A DNA stretch of 64,000 nucleotides from Candidatus Moraniibacteriota bacterium. Lineage in GTDB: Bacteria > Patescibacteriota > Minisyncoccia > Moranbacterales > GCA-2747515. The notes under the pieces are model-generated. The model had not been told where the DNA came from. It did no database searches and saw only the letters and a list, made by a program, of their open reading frames with translations. Shown one piece after another: positions 20,058-29,501 of this stretch; positions within the stretch are counted from its first letter, which is position 1; each line of letters begins with the position of its first letter. Location: assembly GCA_027031495.1 (NCBI GenBank), contig JALVQA010000006.1, forward strand, positions 16,952 to 80,951, in the 5' to 3' direction. The position numbers and the translations under genes were made by a program.

Positions 20058-20191
20058 GATAACCCCCGTCGTGATGTTGTTGACGTGCATTTTTTTCTCA
20101 TGGTGAATATGAATCTGCGTCTGCGACGTGCGCAAATTGCCTCCGTGAGAGTTTTATATGCGTTCCGTTGCCTGTACCGTTTCCGAAACAT
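20054..20191 (-). CDS. Small Arg-rich peptide (45 aa, MFRKRYRQRNAYKTLTEAICARRRRRFIFTMRKKCTSTTSRRGLS)
   Basis: AAGGAGG 8 nt before ATG; not in ORF track. Confidence 0.45.
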   Translation of the reverse strand: MFRKRYRQRNAYKTLTEAICARRRRRFIFTMRKKCTSTTSRRGLS

Positions 20192-20266
20192 AATCTTTTC
20201 CTCCTTTTTTGTAAAAGAAATGGTATACTAAATATAGCAAAAGTGAACTTTTTTGTACAGATAATT

Positions 20267-21868
20267 ATGGTTGAGCGCTTTGTTGCACGTATGGTAAATC
20301 ATGCGAATACTTCCACACAAACACTCCTTGTTGGCGTGAACGTCTTTGTTGCGGTAATAATGCTTGTTTTTTGGCACACCAGCGTTATACCAATTGTACA
20401 TAGTGGCACGTTCGTGTTTTGTGTATTCCTTCTTTTTCTCTTTGCGCTCTATCGGCCACGGTGGCTTTTTTTCTTTTTTGTTGGCATGTTGCCATTTGAA
20501 ATTGTAAATCTTGTACCGGACAATGTTGGTGTACATGTGCGTCCTTATCAACTTATAGGTGTCGTGTTGTTGTGTGCGACTGTTGTACGTATGTTGAGCG
20601 GTCGCGCGCCACGACGCATGTTTCGGTTGCGTTGGTGGGATTTTATGCCTGTCGTGTTTATTTGCAGTAGTTTTGTGGCGGTCTTTTTTGCACACGATAC
20701 GCACAATGCCATGATGCAAACAATAATTGCAGGGTCGTTTGTGGCGTGGTATTTTCTTGCGCGGTATTATGTGCGCGGACCATTAACTGCGCGTACGGCA
20801 CTCGCATTTTTTCTTTCAAGTAGTATAGTTACAGTGCTCTACGGTATATGGCAGAATTGGCAATTTCTTTCCGCTGGTGTCGTTGGTGTAATGGCAGCAC
20901 GTCCGCATGCGACGTTTGCCGAGCCGGATTGGTTCGGCGTCTTTCTTGTTTTTTTAAGTGCGCTTATTTACGGCATCCTTTATGCTTTGTACGTACAGTG
21001 CAACAAGGATTCTCGTACTAAATGCGGCGTTCGCTACTGGTTCTTTAGCGGTACGATGCTTTTGTATCTACTTATTGTGTATATTGCACTTATTATTACG
21101 GTGTCGCGCAGTGCGTGGGTTGGTGCTGTTGCGGTTGTTTGTGCTTTGTGCATGTACTGTGTCATACGTGCGCAATGGCGCGTATTTCTCTATACACTGG
21201 CAACAAGTAGTGTTCTTGCATTTAGCGCATACCTGATTGTCGTCACTGTTCCGTTGACAACATTTGATCTGGCTGATCGTGCCGTAAGTACAAGTAATGG
21301 TTTACAGGAAATTACTGTTGCATGCGACACGCAATTACAGGCAGATGCGGTAACACGTATTGGACGCATTGAAAATATTGCGCAGCTTACTGATTTTAAC
21401 TGTCGCCATATTAATCTTGAAGAAGTGGCTGCATTGCACCGTGCCGGCTACAGTATTACGCATGTTATGCGACCAGATCCGTCTAGCAGTGTACGCAGGG
21501 AGATTTATGCGAAAGTATTTTCTTTATTGCAGGAGCGGTGGACGATTCCGCTTTTTGGTGTAGGATGGGCACAGGCCAATCTTGGCTATGATGCGCAAGG
21601 TATGCGTCTTAACACAAGTAATCTCTTTCTGGAAATATGGCTTGGTGCTGGCATTGCTGGTCTCTGTGCTTTCTGCGCGCTTCTTGGAAGCATCGTGTGG
21701 CGTGGCATACGTGCTGCAATTTACAGTACTAGACGTGCGATATGTTTCTACGGTCTTTTTGTAGTTATCGGCACTGTGGCACTCGTTGTACCAAATCTGT
21801 TTAATGCTGGTGTTTTTCTCGGTTTCTTGTGGGTGTTCTTAGGAAGTGTTGCTACTGTACGCAAATGA
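20267..21868 (+). CDS. O-antigen ligase/polymerase-like (WaaL/Wzy) membrane protein
   Basis: RPHATFAEPD, TVSRSAW, PLFGVG, NLFLEIW..GIAG; probable start 20267. Confidence 0.8.
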   Translation: MVERFVARMVNHANTSTQTLLVGVNVFVAVIMLVFWHTSVIPIVHSGTFVFCVFLLFLFALYRPRWLFFFFVGMLPFEIVNLVPDNVGVHVRPYQLIGVVLLCATVVRMLSGRAPRRMFRLRWWDFMPVVFICSSFVAVFFAHDTHNAMMQTIIAGSFVAWYFLARYYVRGPLTARTALAFFLSSSIVTVLYGIWQNWQFLSAGVVGVMAARPHATFAEPDWFGVFLVFLSALIYGILYALYVQCNKDSRTKCGVRYWFFSGTMLLYLLIVYIALIITVSRSAWVGAVAVVCALCMYCVIRAQWRVFLYTLATSSVLAFSAYLIVVTVPLTTFDLADRAVSTSNGLQEITVACDTQLQADAVTRIGRIENIAQLTDFNCRHINLEEVAALHRAGYSITHVMRPDPSSSVRREIYAKVFSLLQERWTIPLFGVGWAQANLGYDAQGMRLNTSNLFLEIWLGAGIAGLCAFCALLGSIVWRGIRAAIYSTRRAICFYGLFVVIGTVALVVPNLFNAGVFLGFLWVFLGSVATVRK

Positions 21869-21913
21869 TGTTTACGATATGGATTTTGATTATTTAGATT
21901 TATTTTTTGAGCC

Positions 21914-22000
21914 ATGAATAAATTGATTATTGTGTGCGGTTTGTCCGCTACCGACAAGACAACAATTGTACGTTTTGTTTCTGACAACAAGGAGGTGTAG
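21914..22000 (+). pseudogene. Remnant N-terminus of a P-loop kinase/AAA protein
   Basis: MNKLIIVCGLSATDKTTIVRFVSDNKEV*: Walker A with G>D change and early stop. Confidence 0.5.
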
Positions 22001-22030
22001 CGTAAATAAAAAATATAAGAAAATTTTTTT

Positions 22031-23185
22031 ATGAAAATTGCAATTGATGTGCGCAACATTGGACGCCACAGAACAGGAAGCGAAGTGGTTGTGCGTGAGT
22101 TAACAAAACACATAGTAGCGATTGATCGTGAAAATGAGTATTTTCTTCTTACTGATACGGATGATGATGCTGTTATTGGGTACATACGAGAAAAGGTTGC
22201 TGTGGCAGATAGAAAAAATGTCCATATCGTTTCACTGTGTGCGCGCAATAAATTTACGTGGTCGGCGTGGCATGTATGGCGGTGGGCACGGAAAGAACGT
22301 ATTGACATTTATCACACGGAGTATATAGTGCCATTCTTTTTGCCACGTTATGTAAAGGTGTTAACGCACATTCACGACGTGTCATTTGCTGCACTGCCGT
22401 CATATATCGGCAAGAAGGATTTGTTCTTTTTACGTTTGCTTATTCCGTACTCTTTGCGTCGTGCAACACGTATTATCGCGATTTCACAATTCACGCATGA
22501 TGAAATCATAAAATACTATCATATACAAAAAGAAAAAATTGTTATTATTAGCAATGCGCTTCCACCGCTTTTTGAGCGTCATGCGACAGACCGTGACATT
22601 GAACGTGTGCGTGCACGTTATAATCTGCCGCAGAAATATATTTTTACGCTTGGCACGATGCAACCGCGTAAAAACATTCCATTCTTGATTGAGGCATTCG
22701 CACGAAGAGCTCATGACATGCCTGATATCGCACTGGTATTGTCAGGGAAGCGCGGGTATCATTTTGATACGGTAATTAATGAAACAATTGCACGTTATGG
22801 TGAGGTTGCAAAACGTATTATCTTCACCGGTTTTGTTGACGATGATGACTTGCCCGCTGTCTATGCCGGAGCTGACGTATTTGCTTTTCCATCGCTTTAT
22901 GAAGGTTTTGGTCTACCGCTCTTGGAGGCCATGAGTCAAGATGTGCTGGTTGTTGCGAGTGATATTCCTGTCTTTAGAGAAGTGGCGGGTGACGCGGCTA
23001 TATATGCCGATTCATCAGATCTTGATAGTTTTGCAAATGCACTTTATACTATGGTTATGTGTGCCGCACCTGCACGTGCGCGCTTTGTGCGTGCGGGGCG
23101 TGAGCGTGTACGATTGTTTTCGTGGCGAAAATCTGCACAAGAGATGCGTGCACTTTTTGCGCAGATTTCTCGTATAAATCTTTGA
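22031..23185 (+). CDS. GT4 family glycosyltransferase
   Basis: HIHDVSF, PRKNI, PSLYEGFGLPLLEAM. Confidence 0.92.
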   Translation: MKIAIDVRNIGRHRTGSEVVVRELTKHIVAIDRENEYFLLTDTDDDAVIGYIREKVAVADRKNVHIVSLCARNKFTWSAWHVWRWARKERIDIYHTEYIVPFFLPRYVKVLTHIHDVSFAALPSYIGKKDLFFLRLLIPYSLRRATRIIAISQFTHDEIIKYYHIQKEKIVIISNALPPLFERHATDRDIERVRARYNLPQKYIFTLGTMQPRKNIPFLIEAFARRAHDMPDIALVLSGKRGYHFDTVINETIARYGEVAKRIIFTGFVDDDDLPAVYAGADVFAFPSLYEGFGLPLLEAMSQDVLVVASDIPVFREVAGDAAIYADSSDLDSFANALYTMVMCAAPARARFVRAGRERVRLFSWRKSAQEMRALFAQISRINL

Positions 23186-23199
23186 TTTTGATTATTTTT

Positions 23200-24315
23200 A
23201 TGAAAAAAATTGTCATTCTTGCAGTATTTGTTATTAGTATTGGTCTCGGCGTTTTTTTGTGGAAGACAGGGGTTATTATGAATAAAGTTTCGACAAATAT
23301 AAATGTTCTTGGTTCAATTGCACAAAACTTGCCACTAAAGAATAAAAAAGTGCTCAAAGGTGAGGAAGAAGGACGTATAAATGTCGCGCTTCTTGGTATG
23401 CGCGGTAGGGGTGTTGATGGTGGCGGCCTTCTTACGGATACAATTATTATTGCGAGTTATTTTCCGCAACGCAATGAAATGACAATGGTCTCCATTCCGC
23501 GCGATTTAGCTATCAATGCACAAGGTGAGCGTATCAATAAGGTTTACTACGATGGCACACAAAATGGTGGTGGTGATAAAGGTGGTTTTGAGGCAATGAG
23601 AAAAGTTCTTTCCGAAGTAACAGGTCAACCGATTCACTATATTGTGCGTATTAACTTCAAGGGTTTTGAGCAAATGATTGATGCGGTTGGTGGTGTTACG
23701 ATTACACGAGACACACCGTTTATTGAGCCACTACAATTTCATGAAAAGCGTGTTTGTGATGGAGATAAAGGTGGCGTCTTTACTGTGCCGAGTGGAGATT
23801 ATGATATTAAGCGTAATAAAAAGGGTCGCATTGTCGCGCAATATCCACTTTGCTATAATAAAACGGAAGAGTGTGGCGGTGTTTTTCGTGTGCCAGCGGG
23901 TACGACAGTGCTTGATGGTGAAAAGGCGTTATGCTATGCACGTGCGCGCGTAACGAGTAGTGATTTTGATCGTGCGCGACGACAGCAAGAAATTATCAAT
24001 GCTTTTCAGGAAAAAGCATTGAGTGTCGGCACGCTAACGGATTTTTCAAAAATAAATGCGCTTCTTAATGCGCTTGGTGACAATGTGCAGACAGATATGC
24101 AGTTGTGGGAGATGCAGCGCTTCTTTGATCTCTATAAGGAAAATGGCTTCCCACGTCTTGTGGATCAACGTGTTTTGGATAATGCGGAAGACGGCCTCCT
24201 CTACGCGCCAAAAGGTGCTGGCGAGAACGGCGCCCCGTATATTCTCCGTCCGCGTGGTGATAATTACGAACGTATTCATGAATTGTTTGCAGAAATTGCC
24301 AAAGAAAAAGAATAA
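23200..24315 (+). CDS. LCP (LytR-CpsA-Psr) family glycopolymer transferase
   Basis: TDTII, SIPRD, DAVGGV, YARAR..SDFDRARRQQ; N-terminal TM. Confidence 0.92.
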   Translation: MKKIVILAVFVISIGLGVFLWKTGVIMNKVSTNINVLGSIAQNLPLKNKKVLKGEEEGRINVALLGMRGRGVDGGGLLTDTIIIASYFPQRNEMTMVSIPRDLAINAQGERINKVYYDGTQNGGGDKGGFEAMRKVLSEVTGQPIHYIVRINFKGFEQMIDAVGGVTITRDTPFIEPLQFHEKRVCDGDKGGVFTVPSGDYDIKRNKKGRIVAQYPLCYNKTEECGGVFRVPAGTTVLDGEKALCYARARVTSSDFDRARRQQEIINAFQEKALSVGTLTDFSKINALLNALGDNVQTDMQLWEMQRFFDLYKENGFPRLVDQRVLDNAEDGLLYAPKGAGENGAPYILRPRGDNYERIHELFAEIAKEKE

Positions 24316-24333
24316 AAGTAGCGTTTTAAAAGC

Positions 24334-25167
24334 ATGACAAAGTCGTCGGAGCACAAACCGTACGTAACAATCGCTATCAATAGCTATCGCAATGCACCGA
24401 TGTTGCGCTTGTGTATCAAATCTGTGCAAGAGACAGCAAAAGACCTTGATTACGAGCTCATTGTTGCAGATAGCGCAACACAAGATGATACACGTGATTT
24501 GATGCGTCAGGAGTTTCCGAGTGTTACTTTTTTACCCGATAAGAAAAACATCGGTTTTGGCGCGATGGTAAACAAATGCCTGAAACATGCGCACGGAAAA
24601 TATATCTTTCTAATCAATTCCGACACCATTTTAGAATCAACAACGTTACATGATTTATGTGCGTATTTTGATGCGCATCCTCACATTGGCATTCTTGCAC
24701 CGGCTCAAAAATCTTTTAGTGGTGAAATTGTACCAACGTACTTCCGCTTTTATCATCCACTTACAGTTGTTTATCGACGCACGCCGCTGGGACGTCTTCC
24801 TTTTGCGCAGAGGCATCTTGCTCGCTTTGAAATGCGTGACTATGACCGACGTGTACCAAAGGAAGTTGATTGGGTAATTGGCAGTGCGATGATGGTGCAA
24901 CGTGAAAAAGTAAAAGAGGTTGGTGGGATGGATCCGCGTTTCTTTATGTATATGGAGGACGTTGATTGGTGTCGTCGTTTTTGGGAAAGAGGATATTCTG
25001 TTGTGTATGTACCACACATCACTCTCTATCACTACTATGGCAAGGGAAGTGCTGCCGGAGGATTTTGGCGATCTTTGTTGTTAAACCGTTTAACATGGAT
25101 CCATATTGAGAGTGCGTTGAAGTATTTTATAAAATACTGGGGCGCGAAAAATCCTCGGAAACAGTAG
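24334..25167 (+). CDS. GT2 family glycosyltransferase (WbbL-like rhamnosyltransferase)
   Basis: NIGFG, INSD, DWVIGS, FFMYMEDVDWC. Confidence 0.88.
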   Translation: MTKSSEHKPYVTIAINSYRNAPMLRLCIKSVQETAKDLDYELIVADSATQDDTRDLMRQEFPSVTFLPDKKNIGFGAMVNKCLKHAHGKYIFLINSDTILESTTLHDLCAYFDAHPHIGILAPAQKSFSGEIVPTYFRFYHPLTVVYRRTPLGRLPFAQRHLARFEMRDYDRRVPKEVDWVIGSAMMVQREKVKEVGGMDPRFFMYMEDVDWCRRFWERGYSVVYVPHITLYHYYGKGSAAGGFWRSLLLNRLTWIHIESALKYFIKYWGAKNPRKQ

Positions 25168-25197
25168 TTTTTTTACATTTCTATATAGAAAAAAGAT

Positions 25198-26466
25198 ATG
25201 TATACAAGTGATCCTTTTGAAACAATTGAACAAGAAGGTGTCCACCGTACTTACAAACGTGTTTTTTGGGCTACACTTTTTCTTGTTGCCGTTGGTCTCA
25301 GTTATTGGCTTGGGCGTCTTCATGCTTATTATGATATGCCACCGGCTCGTAGTACAGCTGCTTCAGTTGCAAAATATGACAACAATGCATCTAATGCATC
25401 CGTGGACTTTAGTCTTTTTTGGGACGCGTGGGATGTTCTTAAAAAGAGATACGTTGATCGTGGCACTCTTGATGATCAAAGGCTTCTTTATGGCGCAATT
25501 GATGGCATGCTTGCAGCTACTGATGATCCGTATACAACATTTTTTGACCCGGAAGAGCTAAAAAGTTTTAATGAGGAGATTACAGGTTCATTTGAGGGGA
25601 TTGGTGCTGAAATTGGTGTGCGTGACGGTGTTTTGACTATCATTGCACCGCTGGAAGGGTCGCCGGCGGAAAAAGCAGGATTGCGTCCATCGGATCTAAT
25701 TCTCAAAATTGATGATACGTTTACGGCTGATCTAAATATACAAGAGGCAGTTGATCTTATACGTGGTCCACGGGGAACGCCGGTTGTGCTTTCCATCTAT
25801 CGCAAAGGCGCTGATCATGCAAAGGATGTTACCGTCATCCGTGACAAGATCTTCGTCAAGAGTATAACGTATTCTGTTGAACAAGGTCATATTGGTTATA
25901 TACGCATGCGACGTTTTGGTCCGCATACAGCAGATGACTTTTATCGTGTTGCACGGGAGATTGTCGGTAATCCTGATATAACATCACTTGTAATTGATGT
26001 ACGTAATAATCCTGGTGGATATCTTAATAGCGCTGTTGACGTTGCTGGTATGATGTTACCGCAAGGAGCTGTTGTTGTTATGAGTGAGGATGCCGCTGGC
26101 GAGCGAAAGGTGCTCCGTGCGCGACAGAAAAACTTTTTAGGTCACTTGCCAACAGTTGTGTTGATCAATGAAGGAAGTGCAAGTGCATCAGAAATTCTTG
26201 CAGGTGCATTGAAGGATAATCGTAATGATGTTCGTATCGTTGGACGCAAGTCATTTGGCAAAGGGTCTGTGCAAGAGCTTATACCACTTAAAGATGGTGC
26301 CATTAAGGTGACGATAGCGAAGTGGCTCACGCCAAGTGGTAAACAAATCAATAAAGTCGGTATTACACCGGACGAAGATGTTGAGATAAGCGACGAGGAC
26401 TTTGATGCAGGGCGTGATCCGCAAAAGGAGCGTGCGCTTGAGATTGCGCGCGAAATGGCGCAATAG
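25198..26466 (+). CDS. ctpA: S41 carboxy-terminal processing protease
   Basis: GIGA PDZ loop, DVRNNPGG, SASASEI, GKGSVQ. Confidence 0.93.
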   Translation: MYTSDPFETIEQEGVHRTYKRVFWATLFLVAVGLSYWLGRLHAYYDMPPARSTAASVAKYDNNASNASVDFSLFWDAWDVLKKRYVDRGTLDDQRLLYGAIDGMLAATDDPYTTFFDPEELKSFNEEITGSFEGIGAEIGVRDGVLTIIAPLEGSPAEKAGLRPSDLILKIDDTFTADLNIQEAVDLIRGPRGTPVVLSIYRKGADHAKDVTVIRDKIFVKSITYSVEQGHIGYIRMRRFGPHTADDFYRVAREIVGNPDITSLVIDVRNNPGGYLNSAVDVAGMMLPQGAVVVMSEDAAGERKVLRARQKNFLGHLPTVVLINEGSASASEILAGALKDNRNDVRIVGRKSFGKGSVQELIPLKDGAIKVTIAKWLTPSGKQINKVGITPDEDVEISDEDFDAGRDPQKERALEIAREMAQ

Positions 26467-26550
26467 CGTTTATGTAATACTTGACTGCATAAATGCTTTT
26501 GATATTATAGAGGAGGAAGAGAGTAATCCGTAATAATAGAAGACAACACA

Positions 26551-26826
26551 ATGAAGACGACAAAAATACAACCACTTGGCAAGAATGTTCTTATTAAAGT
26601 ACAAGAACAAGAAAAGAAGACAGAGAATGGCATATTCCTTCCAGATACAGCAACGGAAGAAAAACCGCAACAGGGAATTGTTATTGCGGTTGGTACTGAC
26701 GAGAATATTTCTGTCAAACCACAGCAAAAAGTTATCTACAATCGTTACGCTGGGACAGACGTTGTTGTAGATGGTGAGGAGTATCTCATTGTAAAGGATG
26801 GCGATATTCTTGCTGTTATTGGTTAG
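26551..26826 (+). CDS. groES: Co-chaperonin GroES
   Basis: IQPLGKNVL, GIFLPDTA.EKP, GIVIAVG, DILAVI. Confidence 0.95.
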   Translation: MKTTKIQPLGKNVLIKVQEQEKKTENGIFLPDTATEEKPQQGIVIAVGTDENISVKPQQKVIYNRYAGTDVVVDGEEYLIVKDGDILAVIG

Positions 26827-26846
26827 AATAAATACTTATCTCTTTT

Positions 26847-26886
26847 AAAGAAAAACATTCTCCATGCGGAGAATGTTTTTCTTTTT
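26847..26886. terminator. Bidirectional terminator
   Basis: AAAGAAAAACATTCTCC-atgc-GGAGAATGTTTTTCTTT perfect inverted repeat. Confidence 0.85.
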
Positions 26887-26887
26887 G

Positions 26888-27748
26888 CTAACGGTTTTCT
26901 TTTGTATGTGACGGCGATCGTTCAATGGGATTTTTGCCACGTACCCAATCAATATACCCACCCTTAAGTGTTTTGGTTGTGAAATTGAGATCATAGAGAC
27001 GAACGCCGGCACGAAAGCTATCCAACGATGTTGAGCCGTAAACTATAATATCTTTTGTTATTGGTATGGAGGAACGTCTACGTTCAATGCTGGCAAGAGG
27101 GATATTTACAGCATAAGGGATGTGACCATCATTAAACTGTGTGCGCGACCGTACATCTAAAATGAAATAATGTCGTCCTTCACCCTTCTTTTTTTGTTCA
27201 ATAATCTCACGGAGCTCCTCTGGTGTAATGTAGGTTATTTTTGAAATATCAACAATAGATTGTGGGTTACCGGCAGAGATCATAAGACCGCCAGCTCTCT
27301 TCCACGCATCTATGCCGCCAGAGAGAACAACAACGTGATCATTATTTTTCTCAAGAATCTTGACGATCTTTGAGATCGTCTCAGCATTTAATTCATCAAA
27401 TGCCACAACAACCATGTCAGCATCATAATGAGGCGTGATATTGTTTTTTACAATTTCATCTGCGGGAAGATTTGTTGAATCAACAATATGCACTTTCTCA
27501 AATTGCGTTCTTCGACGCACATCAACAATGACAACACTCTTCGGATTTCTGCGCATTTTTTTGCGAATAATAGCAGGTTCAATCTCTGTGTAATCATAAT
27601 CAATAAATGACTCATCATCTATTGATTCTGTAGTCGCAATATCGCGGAGCTCTTCACTTTTCTTATTTACGCGCATGAGGGAAAGAAAAATGACAACTAA
27701 AATGAAAAAAACACCGAGTGCGAGAACTTTTTTGTTTTTTACTGGCAT
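26888..27748 (-). CDS. Membrane-anchored tandem rhodanese-fold protein without catalytic Cys
   Basis: Two DVR...F...HI..(S/A).N.P repeats and two L.GG...W motifs; N-terminal TM. Confidence 0.8.
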   Translation of the reverse strand: MPVKNKKVLALGVFFILVVIFLSLMRVNKKSEELRDIATTESIDDESFIDYDYTEIEPAIIRKKMRRNPKSVVIVDVRRRTQFEKVHIVDSTNLPADEIVKNNITPHYDADMVVVAFDELNAETISKIVKILEKNNDHVVVLSGGIDAWKRAGGLMISAGNPQSIVDISKITYITPEELREIIEQKKKGEGRHYFILDVRSRTQFNDGHIPYAVNIPLASIERRRSSIPITKDIIVYGSTSLDSFRAGVRLYDLNFTTKTLKGGYIDWVRGKNPIERSPSHTKENR

Positions 27749-27791
27749 AGTATGTCTATATAAATGTAAATATTATGTTTCTCTTTTTATT

Positions 27792-28763
27792 CTAACACAT
27801 CTCATACATTTGCGCAGAGAGAATATCGTGGTAACCGTTTATAAGTGCATGTGCGTCCATTTTTTTCTTACCTTCGATCTGAAGCTGTTCAATGCTTAGT
27901 GTACCATCAACTGTCGCAATGCAAAAAGGATATTTTTTTAAGGAAAAAACCGTACCGGGGGCATGCGTTGATATGTGTTGTAGTGGGGTAATGGCAAGTA
28001 ACTTGATGCGGAGCGGTTTTGTTCCTTCTTTTCTTTGCCACAGTGTAAAAACACCGGGCCACGGGTCAAATGCGCGGAATTGATTGTAAATATCGCGTGT
28101 TGATGATGTCTGCCATTTAATACACCCGTCGGTGCGCGAGATCACCGTGCAAAATGTTGCCTCTGCATCGTTTTGTGGTTGTAACGTGCAATTACCTTTA
28201 ATATACGCTGGCAGTGTTTTGCGTAACAGGCGTGCACCGTCATCTGCAAGAAGCGTAAAGAGTTTCGGTGCGTGCATATCCGGTCCGATGGAACGCGACG
28301 CCTGTGCAATAATAGGTCCTGTGTCAAGGTTAGCGTCCATTTTCATAAGCGTGACACCCGTCTGTGTATCACCGGCACGTATGGCACTCTGAATTGGTGA
28401 TGCGCCACGCCAACGAGGCAGGAGGGATGCGTGTATATTAACGCATCCATAACGTGGCAAATCGAGAACTTTTTGCGGTAGTATTTTGCCATATGCTGCG
28501 ACCACAATAATAGCAGGTACGTATGTTTTAAGATTTTTATAAACATGTGGCGCTGTGAGTTTCTCTGTCGGGTCGTTGATAGGGATGTTATACTTTGCGG
28601 CAAGTGTGCGGACAGGATTAAGTGCACTTTTTGATCGACTGCGCTGTTTTTTGAGTGGTTTCGTATAAACGGCGACAACATTGTATCCTTCATCAAGCAA
28701 TGCTTGCAATGCCGGCGCCGCAAAAGGACCTGTTCCCATAAAAATTGTGCGTACGTTTTTCAT
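27792..28763 (-). CDS. fmt: Methionyl-tRNA formyltransferase
   Basis: FMGT, AYGKILP, NIHASLLPRWRGASPI. Confidence 0.97.
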   Translation of the reverse strand: MKNVRTIFMGTGPFAAPALQALLDEGYNVVAVYTKPLKKQRSRSKSALNPVRTLAAKYNIPINDPTEKLTAPHVYKNLKTYVPAIIVVAAYGKILPQKVLDLPRYGCVNIHASLLPRWRGASPIQSAIRAGDTQTGVTLMKMDANLDTGPIIAQASRSIGPDMHAPKLFTLLADDGARLLRKTLPAYIKGNCTLQPQNDAEATFCTVISRTDGCIKWQTSSTRDIYNQFRAFDPWPGVFTLWQRKEGTKPLRIKLLAITPLQHISTHAPGTVFSLKKYPFCIATVDGTLSIEQLQIEGKKKMDAHALINGYHDILSAQMYEMC

Positions 28764-28776
28764 TGTGGTAAACTTC

Positions 28777-29310
28777 TTATTCTATGCGGTGATTTGGTGT
28801 GGAGTCTGTAATGTCTTCTGAAAAGTGTGAACGTATGTGCGTTTGTTGTTTATAGCGGTCAATAATAAGAATGCCATCGAGATGATCAATTTCATGCTGG
28901 AATACAATGGCACGCAAGCCCTGTGCAGTAAGCGTTTGCTGTTTTCCATTTATATCAAAATATCGTACACGCACCTCCTTATTACGCACGATTGGAATAA
29001 ATGTATCCGGTACAGAAAGACATCCTTCTTCTGTCATAACAAGTTCACGCGACGCTCCTGTGATTGTGGGGTTGATACATATCAGCGGTGTATTCATACG
29101 TTCACTTGTTGTATCAACATCAATAACAATAACGCGCATGAAATCGGCAACTTGCGGTGCTGCAAGACCGATACCTTTTTGGGCACGCATAATGCGAATC
29201 ATGTCATCAACAAGCGTGCGAATTTCCGGCGCTGTCGGATCATTGACACGCTGCGCCTTTTTATGCAGATCTTCAAGATGGTCTTTTACTGTGATAAGTG
29301 CATGTGTCAT
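28777..29310 (-). CDS. def: Peptide deformylase
   Basis: GIGLAAPQ, EGCLS, QHEIDHLDG. Confidence 0.97.
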   Translation of the reverse strand: MTHALITVKDHLEDLHKKAQRVNDPTAPEIRTLVDDMIRIMRAQKGIGLAAPQVADFMRVIVIDVDTTSERMNTPLICINPTITGASRELVMTEEGCLSVPDTFIPIVRNKEVRVRYFDINGKQQTLTAQGLRAIVFQHEIDHLDGILIIDRYKQQTHIRSHFSEDITDSTPNHRIE

Positions 29311-29501
29311 ACGGTTATTATGTCTGTGTAAGCTTTAGGATATTGTAACACACAATTATGTCATAAAGTTGTAATAATGTACAGAGAATATTACAATTAA
29401 CGGGTGTTTCGTGGCAATGTTACATATTTTGTATTATACTTACAACAATATGCATTGCGCTCTCTAATTCTAGATAAAGACAAAAAATTAACTTCACCAT
29501 C

